DNA of 64,000 nt, from positions 20,446 to 84,445 of the forward strand of contig CAXAXQ010000016.1 in assembly GCA_963972905.1 (NCBI GenBank), in the 5' to 3' direction. Numbering within the stretch: position 1 is the stretch's first letter; each line of letters opens with the position of its first letter. The position numbers and the translations under genes are program-made. The notes beneath the pieces are model-generated. The model was not told the DNA's origin, made no database searches, and worked only from the letters and a program-made list of their open reading frames with translations. The DNA is from an uncultured Erythrobacteraceae bacterium (GTDB lineage Bacteria; Pseudomonadota; Alphaproteobacteria; Sphingomonadales; Sphingomonadaceae). This document shows positions 48,754 through 57,892 of this stretch, piece after piece.

Positions 48754-49782
48754 CTAGCCCTTCTTGAGGTGGCGGCGGCCCAGCAGTTCGGCGATTTGCA
48801 CCGCGTTGAGCGCGGCACCCTTGCGCAGGTTGTCGCTGACGCACCACAGGACGAGGCCGTTCTCCACCGTCGGGTCTTCGCGCACGCGGCTGATGTAGGT
48901 TGCCCCATCACCCACACATTCGACGGGGGTGATGTAGCCTTCATCCCCGCGCTTATCGATCAGCATCAGGCCCGGCGCCTCGCGCAGGATGTCCTGTGCC
49001 TGTTCGGCGGTGATCTCGCGCTCGAACTCGATCGTGACCGCTTCGGCGTGACCGACGAACACGGGCACTCGCACGCAGGTGGCGGTCAGTTTGATCTTGG
49101 GGTCGAGGATCTTCTTGGTCTCGACCACCATCTTCCATTCTTCCTTGGTCGATCCATCGTCGAGGAAGACGTCGATATGCGGGATCACGTTGAAGGCGAT
49201 CTGCTTGGTGAACTTGCTCGGCTCGACAGGGTCGCCGACGAAGATCGCGCGGCTCTGCTGGAACAGTTCGTCCATCCCTTCCTTGCCCGCGCCCGAAACG
49301 GACTGATACGTCGAGACGACCACGCGCTTGATCCCCGCCGCATCGTGCAGCGGCTTGAGCGCAACGACCAGCTGTGCGGTCGAGCAGTTGGGGTTGGCGA
49401 TGATGTTGCGCTTGGCATAGCCGTCGATCGCGTCGGGGTTCACCTCGGGCACGATCAGCGGCACGTCCGGATCCATCCGGAAATGAGAGGAATTGTCGAT
49501 CACCACGCAGCCCGCCGCCGCGGCCTTGGGCGCGTATTCCTTGGCGACCGCACCGCCGGCGGAAAACAGCGCGATATCCCATCCGGCAAAGTCGAAATGC
49601 TCGAGGTTCTTGCACTTGAGCATCTTGCCGCTGTCGCCGAACTCGACCTCGGTGCCGTGGCTGCGCGAGCTGGCAACCGCGGCGACCTCGTCGATCGGGA
49701 AAGCGCGCTCCGCCAGCACCTGCATCATTTCGCGCCCGACATTGCCCGTCGCGCCTACGATGGCGACCTTGTAACCCATCAT
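48754..49782 (-). CDS. asd: aspartate-semialdehyde dehydrogenase
   Basis: VAIVGATGNVGREM Rossmann motif, active-site NPNCSTAQ and a length of 342 aa. Confidence 0.94.
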   Translation of the reverse strand: MMGYKVAIVGATGNVGREMMQVLAERAFPIDEVAAVASSRSHGTEVEFGDSGKMLKCKNLEHFDFAGWDIALFSAGGAVAKEYAPKAAAAGCVVIDNSSHFRMDPDVPLIVPEVNPDAIDGYAKRNIIANPNCSTAQLVVALKPLHDAAGIKRVVVSTYQSVSGAGKEGMDELFQQSRAIFVGDPVEPSKFTKQIAFNVIPHIDVFLDDGSTKEEWKMVVETKKILDPKIKLTATCVRVPVFVGHAEAVTIEFEREITAEQAQDILREAPGLMLIDKRGDEGYITPVECVGDGATYISRVREDPTVENGLVLWCVSDNLRKGAALNAVQIAELLGRRHLKKG

Positions 49783-49847
49783 TCACTCCTGTGCGTGCTG
49801 CACTGCCACATGGGGCCAAGCGCCACGGGTCGCAAGCGCAACCGCGC

Positions 49848-51035
49848 TCAAATCACCTTGAGCATATGCAGCACCAGCACCGCCAGCGCCGCGAAAGCGA
49901 GCACTGCGCCCGGCAGCGTAATCCATCTGCGGCCGACGTTCTCCTTTACCGCCAGCGCGTTGAGGGTGCCGAAGACCAGCAGGAAAACCACACTCGCGCC
50001 GCTCACCAACCCGTCCAGCCCGCCCATGACCGCCAGCGCCAAGGCGCCTGCCGCGAGCAGCAGCACCGCCCATTGTGGCGATCCTTCCGCATTCTCGTGC
50101 CCCAGCGCACTCGGCAAACCGCCATCCTGCGCCACCTCGCGGGCCAGCCGCGCGGAGCTGAACAGCGTGGCATTGATCGCGCTCGCGGTCGAAAGCGCCG
50201 CCGCAATGGTCACCGCGATCAGCCCCGGCGTGCCAAGCGCGGCCTGCCCGGCCTTGGAAAGCGCAACCTCGCCATCCTCGATCACGGCCTGCGTGCCGGT
50301 CAGCATCGGGACTGCCAGCGCGACCAGCACGTAGATCAGCGCCGCGCTGCCGATCGCCAGCGGCATGATCCGCCCCATCAGTTGCTTGCGGTCCTTCATC
50401 TCGTCGTAATCATAGGCGAGCAGTTCGAACCCCTCGTAAGCCATGAAGACCGAGGCCGCGCCGATCACGATGCCGATCAGGCCGGGTTGCTGCGCGATGG
50501 ACAGCTTCTCGACCTGGAATTGCGCCAGGCCAAACGCAGCGAGCGCAGCGAGGATCGCCAGCTTGATCGCCACGATGGCGATCTCGACCCCCGCCGCCTG
50601 TCCGGCTCCGCGCAGGTTGAGAGCGGTCATGACGAGGATCACCAACGCCGCCATCGCCGGTGGCAGCCATGACGGCCCATCAATCGCCTGCCCCAGATAG
50701 GCCCCGAAAGTGTAGGCATAGACCGCGCAGGTCAGCACATAGCCCGCCAGCAGCACCCATGCCGAGCAGCGAGCGAGCCGGGTGAACTTCAGGTCGCGCA
50801 GGAAGGTGTAGATACCGCCCGCCTCGTCCTTCTCGACGGTCAGCGCGGCGAGGCTGTGTCCGGTGGCATAGGCGACCATGCCGCCCAGCACGAAGCTGAG
50901 CGCGGCCCAGTGCCCGGCATTGGCGATGACCACCCCCAGCGTTGAGAAAATCCCGCCGCCGACCATCCCGCCGACCGCGATCGCCCAGACCGCTGCAAGA
51001 CCGAGCTGCCCGTCGGTCGACTGGTTTTCGCTCAT
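49848..51035 (-). CDS. APC-family amino acid permease
   Basis: 395-aa polytopic membrane ORF. The start overlaps the stop of the upstream peptidase. Confidence 0.7.
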   Translation of the reverse strand: MSENQSTDGQLGLAAVWAIAVGGMVGGGIFSTLGVVIANAGHWAALSFVLGGMVAYATGHSLAALTVEKDEAGGIYTFLRDLKFTRLARCSAWVLLAGYVLTCAVYAYTFGAYLGQAIDGPSWLPPAMAALVILVMTALNLRGAGQAAGVEIAIVAIKLAILAALAAFGLAQFQVEKLSIAQQPGLIGIVIGAASVFMAYEGFELLAYDYDEMKDRKQLMGRIMPLAIGSAALIYVLVALAVPMLTGTQAVIEDGEVALSKAGQAALGTPGLIAVTIAAALSTASAINATLFSSARLAREVAQDGGLPSALGHENAEGSPQWAVLLLAAGALALAVMGGLDGLVSGASVVFLLVFGTLNALAVKENVGRRWITLPGAVLAFAALAVLVLHMLKVI

Positions 51036-53269
51036 TCCGGCGGTGTTACCCCGTGGCTATCCAGAAAATCGAAGATCGTGTTCCACAGGTGCACGCTGAT
51101 CTTCGGGCCGCTGACCCGGTGGGTATAGCCTGGATAGAGCATCATCTCGAACGGCACCGCCGCTTCCTGCAAGGTAGAGATCAGCTCGGTCGAATTCTCG
51201 AACACCACATTGTCGTCCGCCATGCCGTGGATCAGCAGCAGGGGATCGGTGATCTCGGTCGCCTTGGGAATGGCACTCGCCGCGTCGTAGGCCTCGGGCA
51301 CCTTGTTCGGATCGCCCATGAACCGCTCGGTATAGTGGGTGTCGTACAGCTCCCACCGGGTGACCGGAGCGCCGGACACGCCTGCGGCATAGAGGCCCGG
51401 ATCGGCCTGCAACTGCTTGAGCGTCATGTACCCGCCATAGGACCAGCCGTAGATCGCCAGCTTGTCCGGATCGACGAAGTCGAGCGACTTGAGGAACTGC
51501 GCGCCGGCCTTCTGGTCGCGCACCTCGACCCCGCCCATCGCATGATAGATCGGCTGTTCGAACGCGACCCCGCGATTGGCCGATCCGCGATTGTCGAGCT
51601 GAAACCAGATATAGCCCTTGTCGACGATCGCCTGCGCCAACGCCGAGGTCCACCCGCGCGTGACGGTCTGCGGACCGGGGCCACCATAGTGGGAGAAGAA
51701 CACGGGATAGCGCTTGCCCGGCTCCATCTCCGGCTTGAGCATCATCCAGTGCAGCGGCGTGCCATCCTCGGCGGCAATCGTCCCGAACTCGGGCACGACA
51801 TGGCTGGCGAGAAAAGGCGCATAAGGGTGATCGGCGTCGAGCGCGTTTTGCTCCACCCATGCCAGCCGCTCGCCCGAGGTATCGGCCAGATAGCTTTGCG
51901 GAGGCTGGGTGGGCGAGGACCGCGCGATTAGCAGGGTCTGCGCATCCTTGTCCATCGAAGCGGAGTGCGTGAAGCCGCGATCGGTCAGACGGACAGGATC
52001 GCCGCCCGCGATCGGAGCCTTGTAGACCTGCTGCTCCAGCACATCCTCGATCCCGTCGAAATAGAGCATGCCCTCGTCTTCGTCGACACCGATCAGCGCG
52101 GTGACCGGCTCCTTGCGGTCGGTCAGTTTCGACCACTCGCCATCGGCGAAGCGGTAGAGATTGCCGACGCCATCGCGCTCGCTCCACCAGATCAGCGAGC
52201 CGTCCTTCATGAAGTGATAATTGTCCGACAGGTTGATCCAGTAATCCTGCGTCGCGGCCTTTTCGGTGAACCATATCTCGCTCGCGCCGGTCGCCGGATC
52301 GACCTTCAGCATATCCAGCCGGGTCTGATCCCGGTTCTGGCGCTGGACGTAGAGCGCGCTGCCGTCGGGTGCCCAGTCGACCCGGGCGAGATAGATGTCG
52401 GTGTCATCCCCCAGATCGACCTTCACCCGGTTGGTACCGCCCGGGTCCATCACGAACAGCTCGACAATCGCATTGTCGCTGCCCGCCACTGGGTATCGCT
52501 GATCGTACACCTTGGTGCCGGTCGCGCCGATCGCGGCACGGGTGACCACGCCCACCGGGCTCTCATCGGTCCGCTGCACGGCGAGCCGTGTGTCGTCGGG
52601 GTTCCACCAGTAACCGGTCATCCGGCCCATTTCTTCCTGCGCGACGAATTCCGCCTCGCCCCAGCGGATCAGTTCGCCCTCTTTCGGGGTGATCGGCTGC
52701 GCCTCGTCGCCAACCGGTCCGACCCACAATTGACGGTCGCGCACGAAGGAGACGTAGTTGCCCTTCTGGCTGAGCTTGGGATTGAGTTCGCTTTCCTCGG
52801 TGTCGGTCAGCCGGGTGACGCTTCCGTCCAGCCGGGCCAGGTAGAGATCGCCGTCCAGCGGCACCAGCACGCCCGATCCGTCCGCGTTCCACTGATAGGC
52901 GATGATGCCCTTGAGGTTCCCGACCCGCGCACGCTCGCGCTGCATCTTCTCGTCTTCGGACAGCTCGCGGCCCGAGCCCAGCGCTTCGCTGTCGACCAGC
53001 ATGGTCCATTCGCCGCTCTGGCGGTCGTACCCCCAAAGATCGTAGCGTTCGCGATCATCCGCGCGGTTGCGGAGCAGGGTCAGATAGCGGCCATCGGGAG
53101 AAAGCTTCGCCTGGCGCGGGCTCGCCCCGTCGAGGCCGGGACTGGCGAAGACGCGTTCGATGGTGAGATCTGCGTTCTGGGTGGCCTGGCTGGTCATGTC
53201 GTCGCTCTCCTGCGCGGCAAGCGGTGTTGCAAGGGCGAGAATGGCTGCGGCGGCAAGCAGGTGGCGCAT
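51032..53269 (-). CDS. S9B dipeptidyl-peptidase IV family serine peptidase
   Basis: Signal peptide, DPP-IV-like beta-propeller N-domain, nucleophile GWSYGGYM and C-terminal ..HGMADDNV..YPGYTH. Confidence 0.88.
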   Translation of the reverse strand: MRHLLAAAAILALATPLAAQESDDMTSQATQNADLTIERVFASPGLDGASPRQAKLSPDGRYLTLLRNRADDRERYDLWGYDRQSGEWTMLVDSEALGSGRELSEDEKMQRERARVGNLKGIIAYQWNADGSGVLVPLDGDLYLARLDGSVTRLTDTEESELNPKLSQKGNYVSFVRDRQLWVGPVGDEAQPITPKEGELIRWGEAEFVAQEEMGRMTGYWWNPDDTRLAVQRTDESPVGVVTRAAIGATGTKVYDQRYPVAGSDNAIVELFVMDPGGTNRVKVDLGDDTDIYLARVDWAPDGSALYVQRQNRDQTRLDMLKVDPATGASEIWFTEKAATQDYWINLSDNYHFMKDGSLIWWSERDGVGNLYRFADGEWSKLTDRKEPVTALIGVDEDEGMLYFDGIEDVLEQQVYKAPIAGGDPVRLTDRGFTHSASMDKDAQTLLIARSSPTQPPQSYLADTSGERLAWVEQNALDADHPYAPFLASHVVPEFGTIAAEDGTPLHWMMLKPEMEPGKRYPVFFSHYGGPGPQTVTRGWTSALAQAIVDKGYIWFQLDNRGSANRGVAFEQPIYHAMGGVEVRDQKAGAQFLKSLDFVDPDKLAIYGWSYGGYMTLKQLQADPGLYAAGVSGAPVTRWELYDTHYTERFMGDPNKVPEAYDAASAIPKATEITDPLLLIHGMADDNVVFENSTELISTLQEAAVPFEMMLYPGYTHRVSGPKISVHLWNTIFDFLDSHGVTPPE

Positions 53270-53300
53270 GGTGATCGTATTCTCCCCAATATCCTCCGCC

Positions 53301-53410
53301 CGTCATTGTGAGCGAAGCGGTTGCGCAGCAGAAGCCGGAGGCTTCAACCAATCCAGAGCGGCAAAGCGCCGGCTCCGGATTGCCGTGCGGCTTCGCCGCT
53401 CGCAATGACG
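53301..53410. repeat. palindromic MITE-like element (family C, CGTCATTGYGAGCG termini)
   Basis: Left end CGTCATTGTGAGCGAAGCGG; right end CCGCTCGCAATGACG (reverse complement CGTCATTGCGAGCGG). Internal hairpin GAAGCC-GGA-GGCTTC (53331-53345). Confidence 0.7.
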
Positions 53411-53428
53411 AATAATGGGGCCGAATGC

Positions 53429-53455
53429 AAAAAGGGCGGCCCGATTGGACCGCCC
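53429..53455 (-). terminator. rho-independent terminator after rplS
   Basis: On the minus strand, GGGCGG-N10-CCGCCC is followed by TTTTT (plus-strand AAAAA at 53429-53433), about 30 nt after the rplS stop. Confidence 0.7.
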
Positions 53456-53484
53456 TCTCGAAATTCTAGATGTGGAAGCCGCGC

Positions 53485-53871
53485 TTACGCGTCCGACTTC
53501 GTGCCCTTGGCGGGGCGCGGATCGCGACGTTCGGCGATACGCGCGCTCTTGCCGGTGCGGCCACGCAGGTAATAGAGCTTCGCGCGACGCACGACGCCGC
53601 GGCGAACCACGGTGATGCTGTCGACGATCGGCGAATAGAGCGGGAAAACGCGTTCAACACCTTCGCCGAAGCTCATCTTGCGGACGGTGAAGTTGGAACC
53701 CATGCCGCGGTTCGAACGCGCGATCACGACGCCTTCGAAGTTCTGAATACGCTCGCGCGTACCTTCGACGACCTTCACGCCGACGCGCACGGTGTCGCCG
53801 GAGCGGAATTCCGGAATATCCTTGCCGAGATTTTCAATCGCTTCGGCTTCGAGCTGCTGAATCAGGTTCAT
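53485..53871 (-). CDS. rplS: 50S ribosomal protein L19
   Basis: [42 protein letters not shown].. Confidence 0.95.
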   Translation of the reverse strand: MNLIQQLEAEAIENLGKDIPEFRSGDTVRVGVKVVEGTRERIQNFEGVVIARSNRGMGSNFTVRKMSFGEGVERVFPLYSPIVDSITVVRRGVVRRAKLYYLRGRTGKSARIAERRDPRPAKGTKSDA

Positions 53872-54704
53872 TGGTCCTGGTCCTTCGTTTCTCGCTGCGC
53901 GCCAGAGGCAGACTGGACCGGAGCATCAGTGTGACGCTCCCACAAATCCGGCCTGCGTGACCGTGTCATCTCTTCGGAGCGTTGCTTTCGCCACGCCGCG
54001 ATCTTCGCATGATCCCCCGATCGCAGCACTTCGGGGATCGTGCGCCCTTCCCATTCCTGAGGTCGGGTGTAGTGCGGGTACTCAAGAAGGCCGTCCTCGA
54101 ACGACTCTTCCGCCCCGCTTGAAGCCGCGCCCATTACTCCCGGCAGCAGCCGAATGCAAGCGTCGAGTATGGCGATTGCGGCGGTTTCTCCGCCCGACAG
54201 GACGATGTCCGCCAGGCTGACTTCCTCGATATAGGGCCGCGCCTCGAACAGCCGCTCGTCGAACCCTTCAAACCGCCCGCACAGGATAGTGACGCCCGGC
54301 CCTTCTGCGATCTCGCGAATGCGCGCCTGCGTGATCGGTTTCCCGCGCGGAGTCATGGCGAGAACGGGGACCGCTGCTCCCCCTTCCTTGAGGGAGGGGG
54401 GGGGGTGGGTGCTCGACGCTGCAGGCGCGGAACGCCCCTCCCCAACCCCTCCCCGCACGGGGAGGGGCTTATCGGTCACACAATCCAACGCCGCCGCAAG
54501 CACATCGCACTTGAGCACCATGCCCGCTCCGCCCCCGGCAGGCGTATCGTCCACCGTGCGGTGCTTGTCGGTCGCGAAGTCGCGAATCTGCACCGTGTCG
54601 AGCGCCCACGCGCCTTCCCTCAGCGCGCGCCCAGCGAGGCTGACGCCCAGCGGGCCGGGAAACATCTCCGGGTAGAGAGTCAGGACGGTAGCGGTGAAGG
54701 TCAT
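53868..54704 (-). CDS. trmD: tRNA (guanine37-N1)-methyltransferase with a 30-aa repeat-encoded insertion
   Basis: [20 protein letters not shown].., [10 protein letters not shown] and [24 protein letters not shown] at 54704 preferred over GTG at 54722. The insertion is [30 protein letters not shown]. Confidence 0.92.
   Translation of the reverse strand: MTFTATVLTLYPEMFPGPLGVSLAGRALREGAWALDTVQIRDFATDKHRTVDDTPAGGGAGMVLKCDVLAAALDCVTDKPLPVRGGVGEGRSAPAASSTHPPPSLKEGGAAVPVLAMTPRGKPITQARIREIAEGPGVTILCGRFEGFDERLFEARPYIEEVSLADIVLSGGETAAIAILDACIRLLPGVMGAASSGAEESFEDGLLEYPHYTRPQEWEGRTIPEVLRSGDHAKIAAWRKQRSEEMTRSRRPDLWERHTDAPVQSASGAQRETKDQDQ
54379..54467. repeat. GC-rich palindromic MITE/REP-like element (family A) inside trmD
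   Basis: Left arm CCCTTCC-TTGA-GGGAGGG followed by GGGGGGTGGG. Right arm CCCCAACCCC followed by TCCCC-GCAC-GGGGA. Confidence 0.7.
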
Positions 54705-54708
54705 GCAA

Positions 54709-55128
54709 TTACTCGAAAACACCCGGATCGGGCACCCGGGCCCGGCCTTCTCGGGGCCGCACCAGGCGGATGGTCAGATAAGCGGCAATCAGATCGACAC
54801 CGAGGGCACTGGCGTAGAGCATCCGGCCGCGCGTATTCATACGGGAAAAAAGATCGATCGCCTCGGCCAAGGACGGCTTCCCGAACATTGCGATCAGGGC
54901 GATCGGCAGGGCAACCAGAAGCAAAAAAGGGGGCAGCGCACCCGCGATGGCAAGGCCGAAGGGCGAGCGCAGGGACATTCTGCGCCCCACAACGAAGGCG
55001 CAGGCAGCGCTTAGCAGCGCGCCGATCAGAAGGATAACCCCGAAGAAGATCAGCACGTGGGACGCCGGGACCACCGAAGGCTCAACCGTCGAGACGCTGA
55101 CGGAGGCAGATGCAGCGAACGCGATCAT
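54709..55128 (-). CDS. hypothetical membrane protein
   Basis: Start taken at [10 protein letters not shown].. About 139 aa with 3-4 TM helices. Lies between rimM and trmD. Confidence 0.45.
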   Translation of the reverse strand: MIAFAASASVSVSTVEPSVVPASHVLIFFGVILLIGALLSAACAFVVGRRMSLRSPFGLAIAGALPPFLLLVALPIALIAMFGKPSLAEAIDLFSRMNTRGRMLYASALGVDLIAAYLTIRLVRPREGRARVPDPGVFE

Positions 55129-55445
55129 TGAAAGGTGCTCACATCGAAGCAAGTCAGTTTGTCTAGACGGCGCGTCGCGAAGTGCGAGACCGGCCACCCG
55201 ACTATCGCCACGCCTGCCAGCAAGACAAAGGCCGAAGCCAATCCGACAACCACGAACTCACGGCCATCCAGCGCCATTACCAGGATAAGGGGAGCGCAGG
55301 CCAGGCCCGGTCCCAACAGCGCTGCCCACAAGGTCCGTACCCGCGTGCTCGCTGCAGGCCTGGCGAACAGAACCAGCAGAATTGCGCCGAGCGTCGCCAT
55401 AATGAGCACGACGACGAAAAAGACGATCACTGCGATCATTTCCAT
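55125..55445 (-). CDS. hypothetical membrane protein
   Basis: 106 aa with 3 TM helices (MEMIAVIVFFVVVLIMATLGAILLVLF..). 4-nt overlap with the next gene. Confidence 0.5.
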   Translation of the reverse strand: MEMIAVIVFFVVVLIMATLGAILLVLFARPAASTRVRTLWAALLGPGLACAPLILVMALDGREFVVVGLASAFVLLAGVAIVGWPVSHFATRRLDKLTCFDVSTFQ

Positions 55446-55500
55446 CGAGATACCATAGCATTCGTGTCGCTATTCGTTGCGCAGATGTACAAGCGCCCGC

Positions 55501-56337
55501 TCACCCCCCGCAACCGCCGCAGCCACCGCCGCCGCAGCCCGATCCGCCGCCATCGCCGCCGCCGTCACCGCCATCTCCGGTATAACCTGCGTCCCCACCG
55601 CCGCCGTGGCGCATCGCGTGCAGCGGGTCGAACGGCGTGCCGGCCAGCACGGCGGTGCCGAAGATCGCCACGCCCAGCCCCATCTGGTCGCGGGTCGGCG
55701 CGCGCTTGAGCCCGACATGCTCCTGCCGCGCCTGCTTCAGCGCGCGTTCGCCCTCGCGCGTGCGGCGCAGCCCGGCGATCAGGCGCCAGCCGATCACCAC
55801 CGCGCCCAGCGCGATAAGGATCACGAGGATGCCCACCGGCTCGCCCTCAGCGCTCCCGGCCTGCAGGCGATAGAGCCCGAGCAGCACGATTGCGAGCATC
55901 GGCAGTGCAGCGACGATCCGGACCGGCAGCGCCTGGCCCGATCCGGTCAGCAGGCCCGTATCGACCAGCGCGTCGCGGTCCGCCTGATAGGCCCCGTCGA
56001 TCGCGCGCGCAAAGGTTCTCCAGCCGAAGTTGTCGCCCAGCGACATCAGCCGCGTTTCCGCACCGCCCGAAGCGGCCTGCCGGTCGCGCACGTGGAATTT
56101 CTTGCCCTCCAGCTCGAGCCGTCCCGAAGCAAGCAGGTCGGCCATCACCGCCTCGGCATAGCGGGCCTTGCCACTTGCCAGCGCGGCGAACTGGCCAGCA
56201 TTGCTCGGGCGGCCCGGCTCGCCCGCCGGGCGCAGGATTGCAGGCACGATCAGCGCGAGCAGCCAGCCGAGCACGATCAGCCCGGCATAGAGCGTGATGA
56301 ACTGCGCCGCCCCGTATTGCGTAAGGTCGATATTCAT
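55501..56337 (-). CDS. TIGR04222-like membrane protein with a Gly/Cys-rich C-terminal tail
   Basis: 278 aa. N-terminal TM, internal TM pair and tail ..GGGGDAGYTGDGGDGGGDGGGSGCGGGGCGGCGG, as I recall for TIGR04222 proteins. Confidence 0.65.
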   Translation of the reverse strand: MNIDLTQYGAAQFITLYAGLIVLGWLLALIVPAILRPAGEPGRPSNAGQFAALASGKARYAEAVMADLLASGRLELEGKKFHVRDRQAASGGAETRLMSLGDNFGWRTFARAIDGAYQADRDALVDTGLLTGSGQALPVRIVAALPMLAIVLLGLYRLQAGSAEGEPVGILVILIALGAVVIGWRLIAGLRRTREGERALKQARQEHVGLKRAPTRDQMGLGVAIFGTAVLAGTPFDPLHAMRHGGGGDAGYTGDGGDGGGDGGGSGCGGGGCGGCGG

Positions 56338-56350
56338 TGCGCCCCACTTC

Positions 56351-56929
56351 TCACAACAGAACCCCCAGTGCGAGTACGGCCAGCGCTAGCCCGATCGCAG
56401 CGCCGAAACCATAGGCTTTGCCGCGCGGCACAATGAAGGCGTCTGCCGGATTCACCCGCACCGCCTCTGGATCGACGAGGAAGCGGCGACGCGCATCGGG
56501 CCAGATATCGTCCGGCGCAGCCTCGCCGAAATGCGCTTCGTAGCTGGCGAGCGTCTGAGCATACTGGTCGTAATAGCGCGTCCGCTCGACAGTCCCGCCC
56601 GCAGTCGGACCGTGGTGCAGCGGCATGCGCAGCACCTCCGGGCAGAAGCGGCCCCAATAATCGCGGCTGAAGGTCAGGTGCCGGTGCCACACCTGATCGA
56701 CCGCGTCCGACGGGGTGAGCTCATGCCCGGCCTCGCAGGCAAGCCAGCAGAACCGCTTGTATTCGGTGAGCACGCACGCAGCATAGTTCGCGCTCCAGCG
56801 GTTCTCCCGCGCGAGGCGCTGGACAAAGGTGAATGCGGCATCCGCCGGGCCGATCTCGTAAGCGGCCAGCCGCTGCCACAGCTGGGTCGCGACTGCTGGC
56901 GGCGGCAGCGAGCTGCCACCCTCCCCCAT
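56351..56929 (-). CDS. conserved hypothetical protein (glycine-rich-domain-protein-like, VWHRHL motif) with a C-terminal TM
   Basis: Start at MGEGGSS. Motifs YKRFCWLAC and DQVWHRHLTFSRDYW. The upstream part of the 271-aa ORF overlaps the preceding gene. Confidence 0.5.
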   Translation of the reverse strand: MGEGGSSLPPPAVATQLWQRLAAYEIGPADAAFTFVQRLARENRWSANYAACVLTEYKRFCWLACEAGHELTPSDAVDQVWHRHLTFSRDYWGRFCPEVLRMPLHHGPTAGGTVERTRYYDQYAQTLASYEAHFGEAAPDDIWPDARRRFLVDPEAVRVNPADAFIVPRGKAYGFGAAIGLALAVLALGVLL

Positions 56930-57264
56930 CAGTCGAAATCCTTCCCGGGATCGGCCGAAAAGCGCCCGGCCGCTCGCTTCTTCGAGAAGACATACGCCGC
57001 CGGGAAGCAGATCACCGCCGCCAGAATGAACGCGCCGATGACAAGAGCGCCCACGGGCGGGACCACCTCGGGCACAAAGCCCGTCTCGCTTAAAATGGTC
57101 AGGATCGGCAGCGAAGCGGGCACGAACGCGCCAGTCAAAGCCGCCCAAACGGCGCGCATTTTCCATGAGCTTTTGGGCGCCATCACATCGAGCGCAAACG
57201 CGATCGCGAGCGTCAGCCCGACCACGACCGCCACCATCACCAACAGGCCGAGGATCATGAACAT
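56929..57264 (-). CDS. hypothetical membrane protein
   Basis: 111 aa with 3 TM helices. Starts 7 nt after the rimM stop. Confidence 0.5.
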   Translation of the reverse strand: MFMILGLLVMVAVVVGLTLAIAFALDVMAPKSSWKMRAVWAALTGAFVPASLPILTILSETGFVPEVVPPVGALVIGAFILAAVICFPAAYVFSKKRAAGRFSADPGKDFD

Positions 57265-57270
57265 GATCCT

Positions 57271-57837
57271 CTAGTCAGCGAATTCGGCGGCGATCACAAG
57301 GCGCTTTTCATCCCATTCGGGCACGGCTGTGGGGATCATCGGGACCATGAAGGTCTTCGGGCCCTTTTCGGGCACGGGATCATGGGCGATCTCGACAATG
57401 TCGGTCGCGCCGTAATTGGCCACGTCGATCACGTGGCCGACCGCCGCGCCATCGGTGGTCACCACTGGCAGGCCGATCAGGTCCGCGTGGTAGAACTCGC
57501 CTTCTTCGAGTGGGGGCAGCGCGTCGCGCGCTACGCTCAGCAAGGTGCCGCGCAGGGCTTCGGCAACGGTGCGGTCGGGCACCTCGGCGAAGCGGGCGAT
57601 TGCCCCGCCCTTGTTGTCGGAGCGAATCTTGGTCGCGGTCAGCGCGCCCACACCCTGACTGGCGCTGAAAGTCTTGTGGCGCTTCAGCGCCTCGACATCG
57701 TCGCCGAACAGCTTGAGGCGGACCTCGCCCGCCACCCCGTGCGCGCCGATGACGGCGGCGAGGGTGATGGGTTTGTCGGCCGAGTCCCCCTCCCGCGAGC
57801 GGGAGGGGTTAGGGGTGGGCCTGGCAGGGCGTGTCAT
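57271..57837 (-). CDS. rimM: 16S rRNA processing protein RimM
   Basis: Core ITLAAVIGAHGVAGEVRLKLFGDD.. and a PRC-barrel C-domain. The first ~17 codons, including the ATG, lie inside a repeat element. Confidence 0.88.
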   Translation of the reverse strand: MTRPARPTPNPSRSREGDSADKPITLAAVIGAHGVAGEVRLKLFGDDVEALKRHKTFSASQGVGALTATKIRSDNKGGAIARFAEVPDRTVAEALRGTLLSVARDALPPLEEGEFYHADLIGLPVVTTDGAAVGHVIDVANYGATDIVEIAHDPVPEKGPKTFMVPMIPTAVPEWDEKRLVIAAEFAD

Positions 57838-57882
57838 CGCGTGACGCGCCCACCCCCGGCCCCTCCCGCAAGCGGGAGGGGA
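57786..57882. repeat. GC-rich palindromic MITE/REP-like element (family A) spanning the rpsP-rimM junction
   Basis: Left arm CCCTCCC-GCGAGC-GGGAGGG followed by GTTAGGGGTGGG. Right arm CCCACCCCCGG followed by CCCCTCCC-GCAAGC-GGGAGGGG. Confidence 0.75.
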
Positions 57883-57892
57883 GCGAAGGCCA

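Noticed and set aside
48205-50334. 709-aa plus-strand ORF spanning the asd and permease loci
   Set aside because: It is antisense to asd (with its active-site motif) and to the APC permease, and shows low-complexity Arg/Ala/His content.
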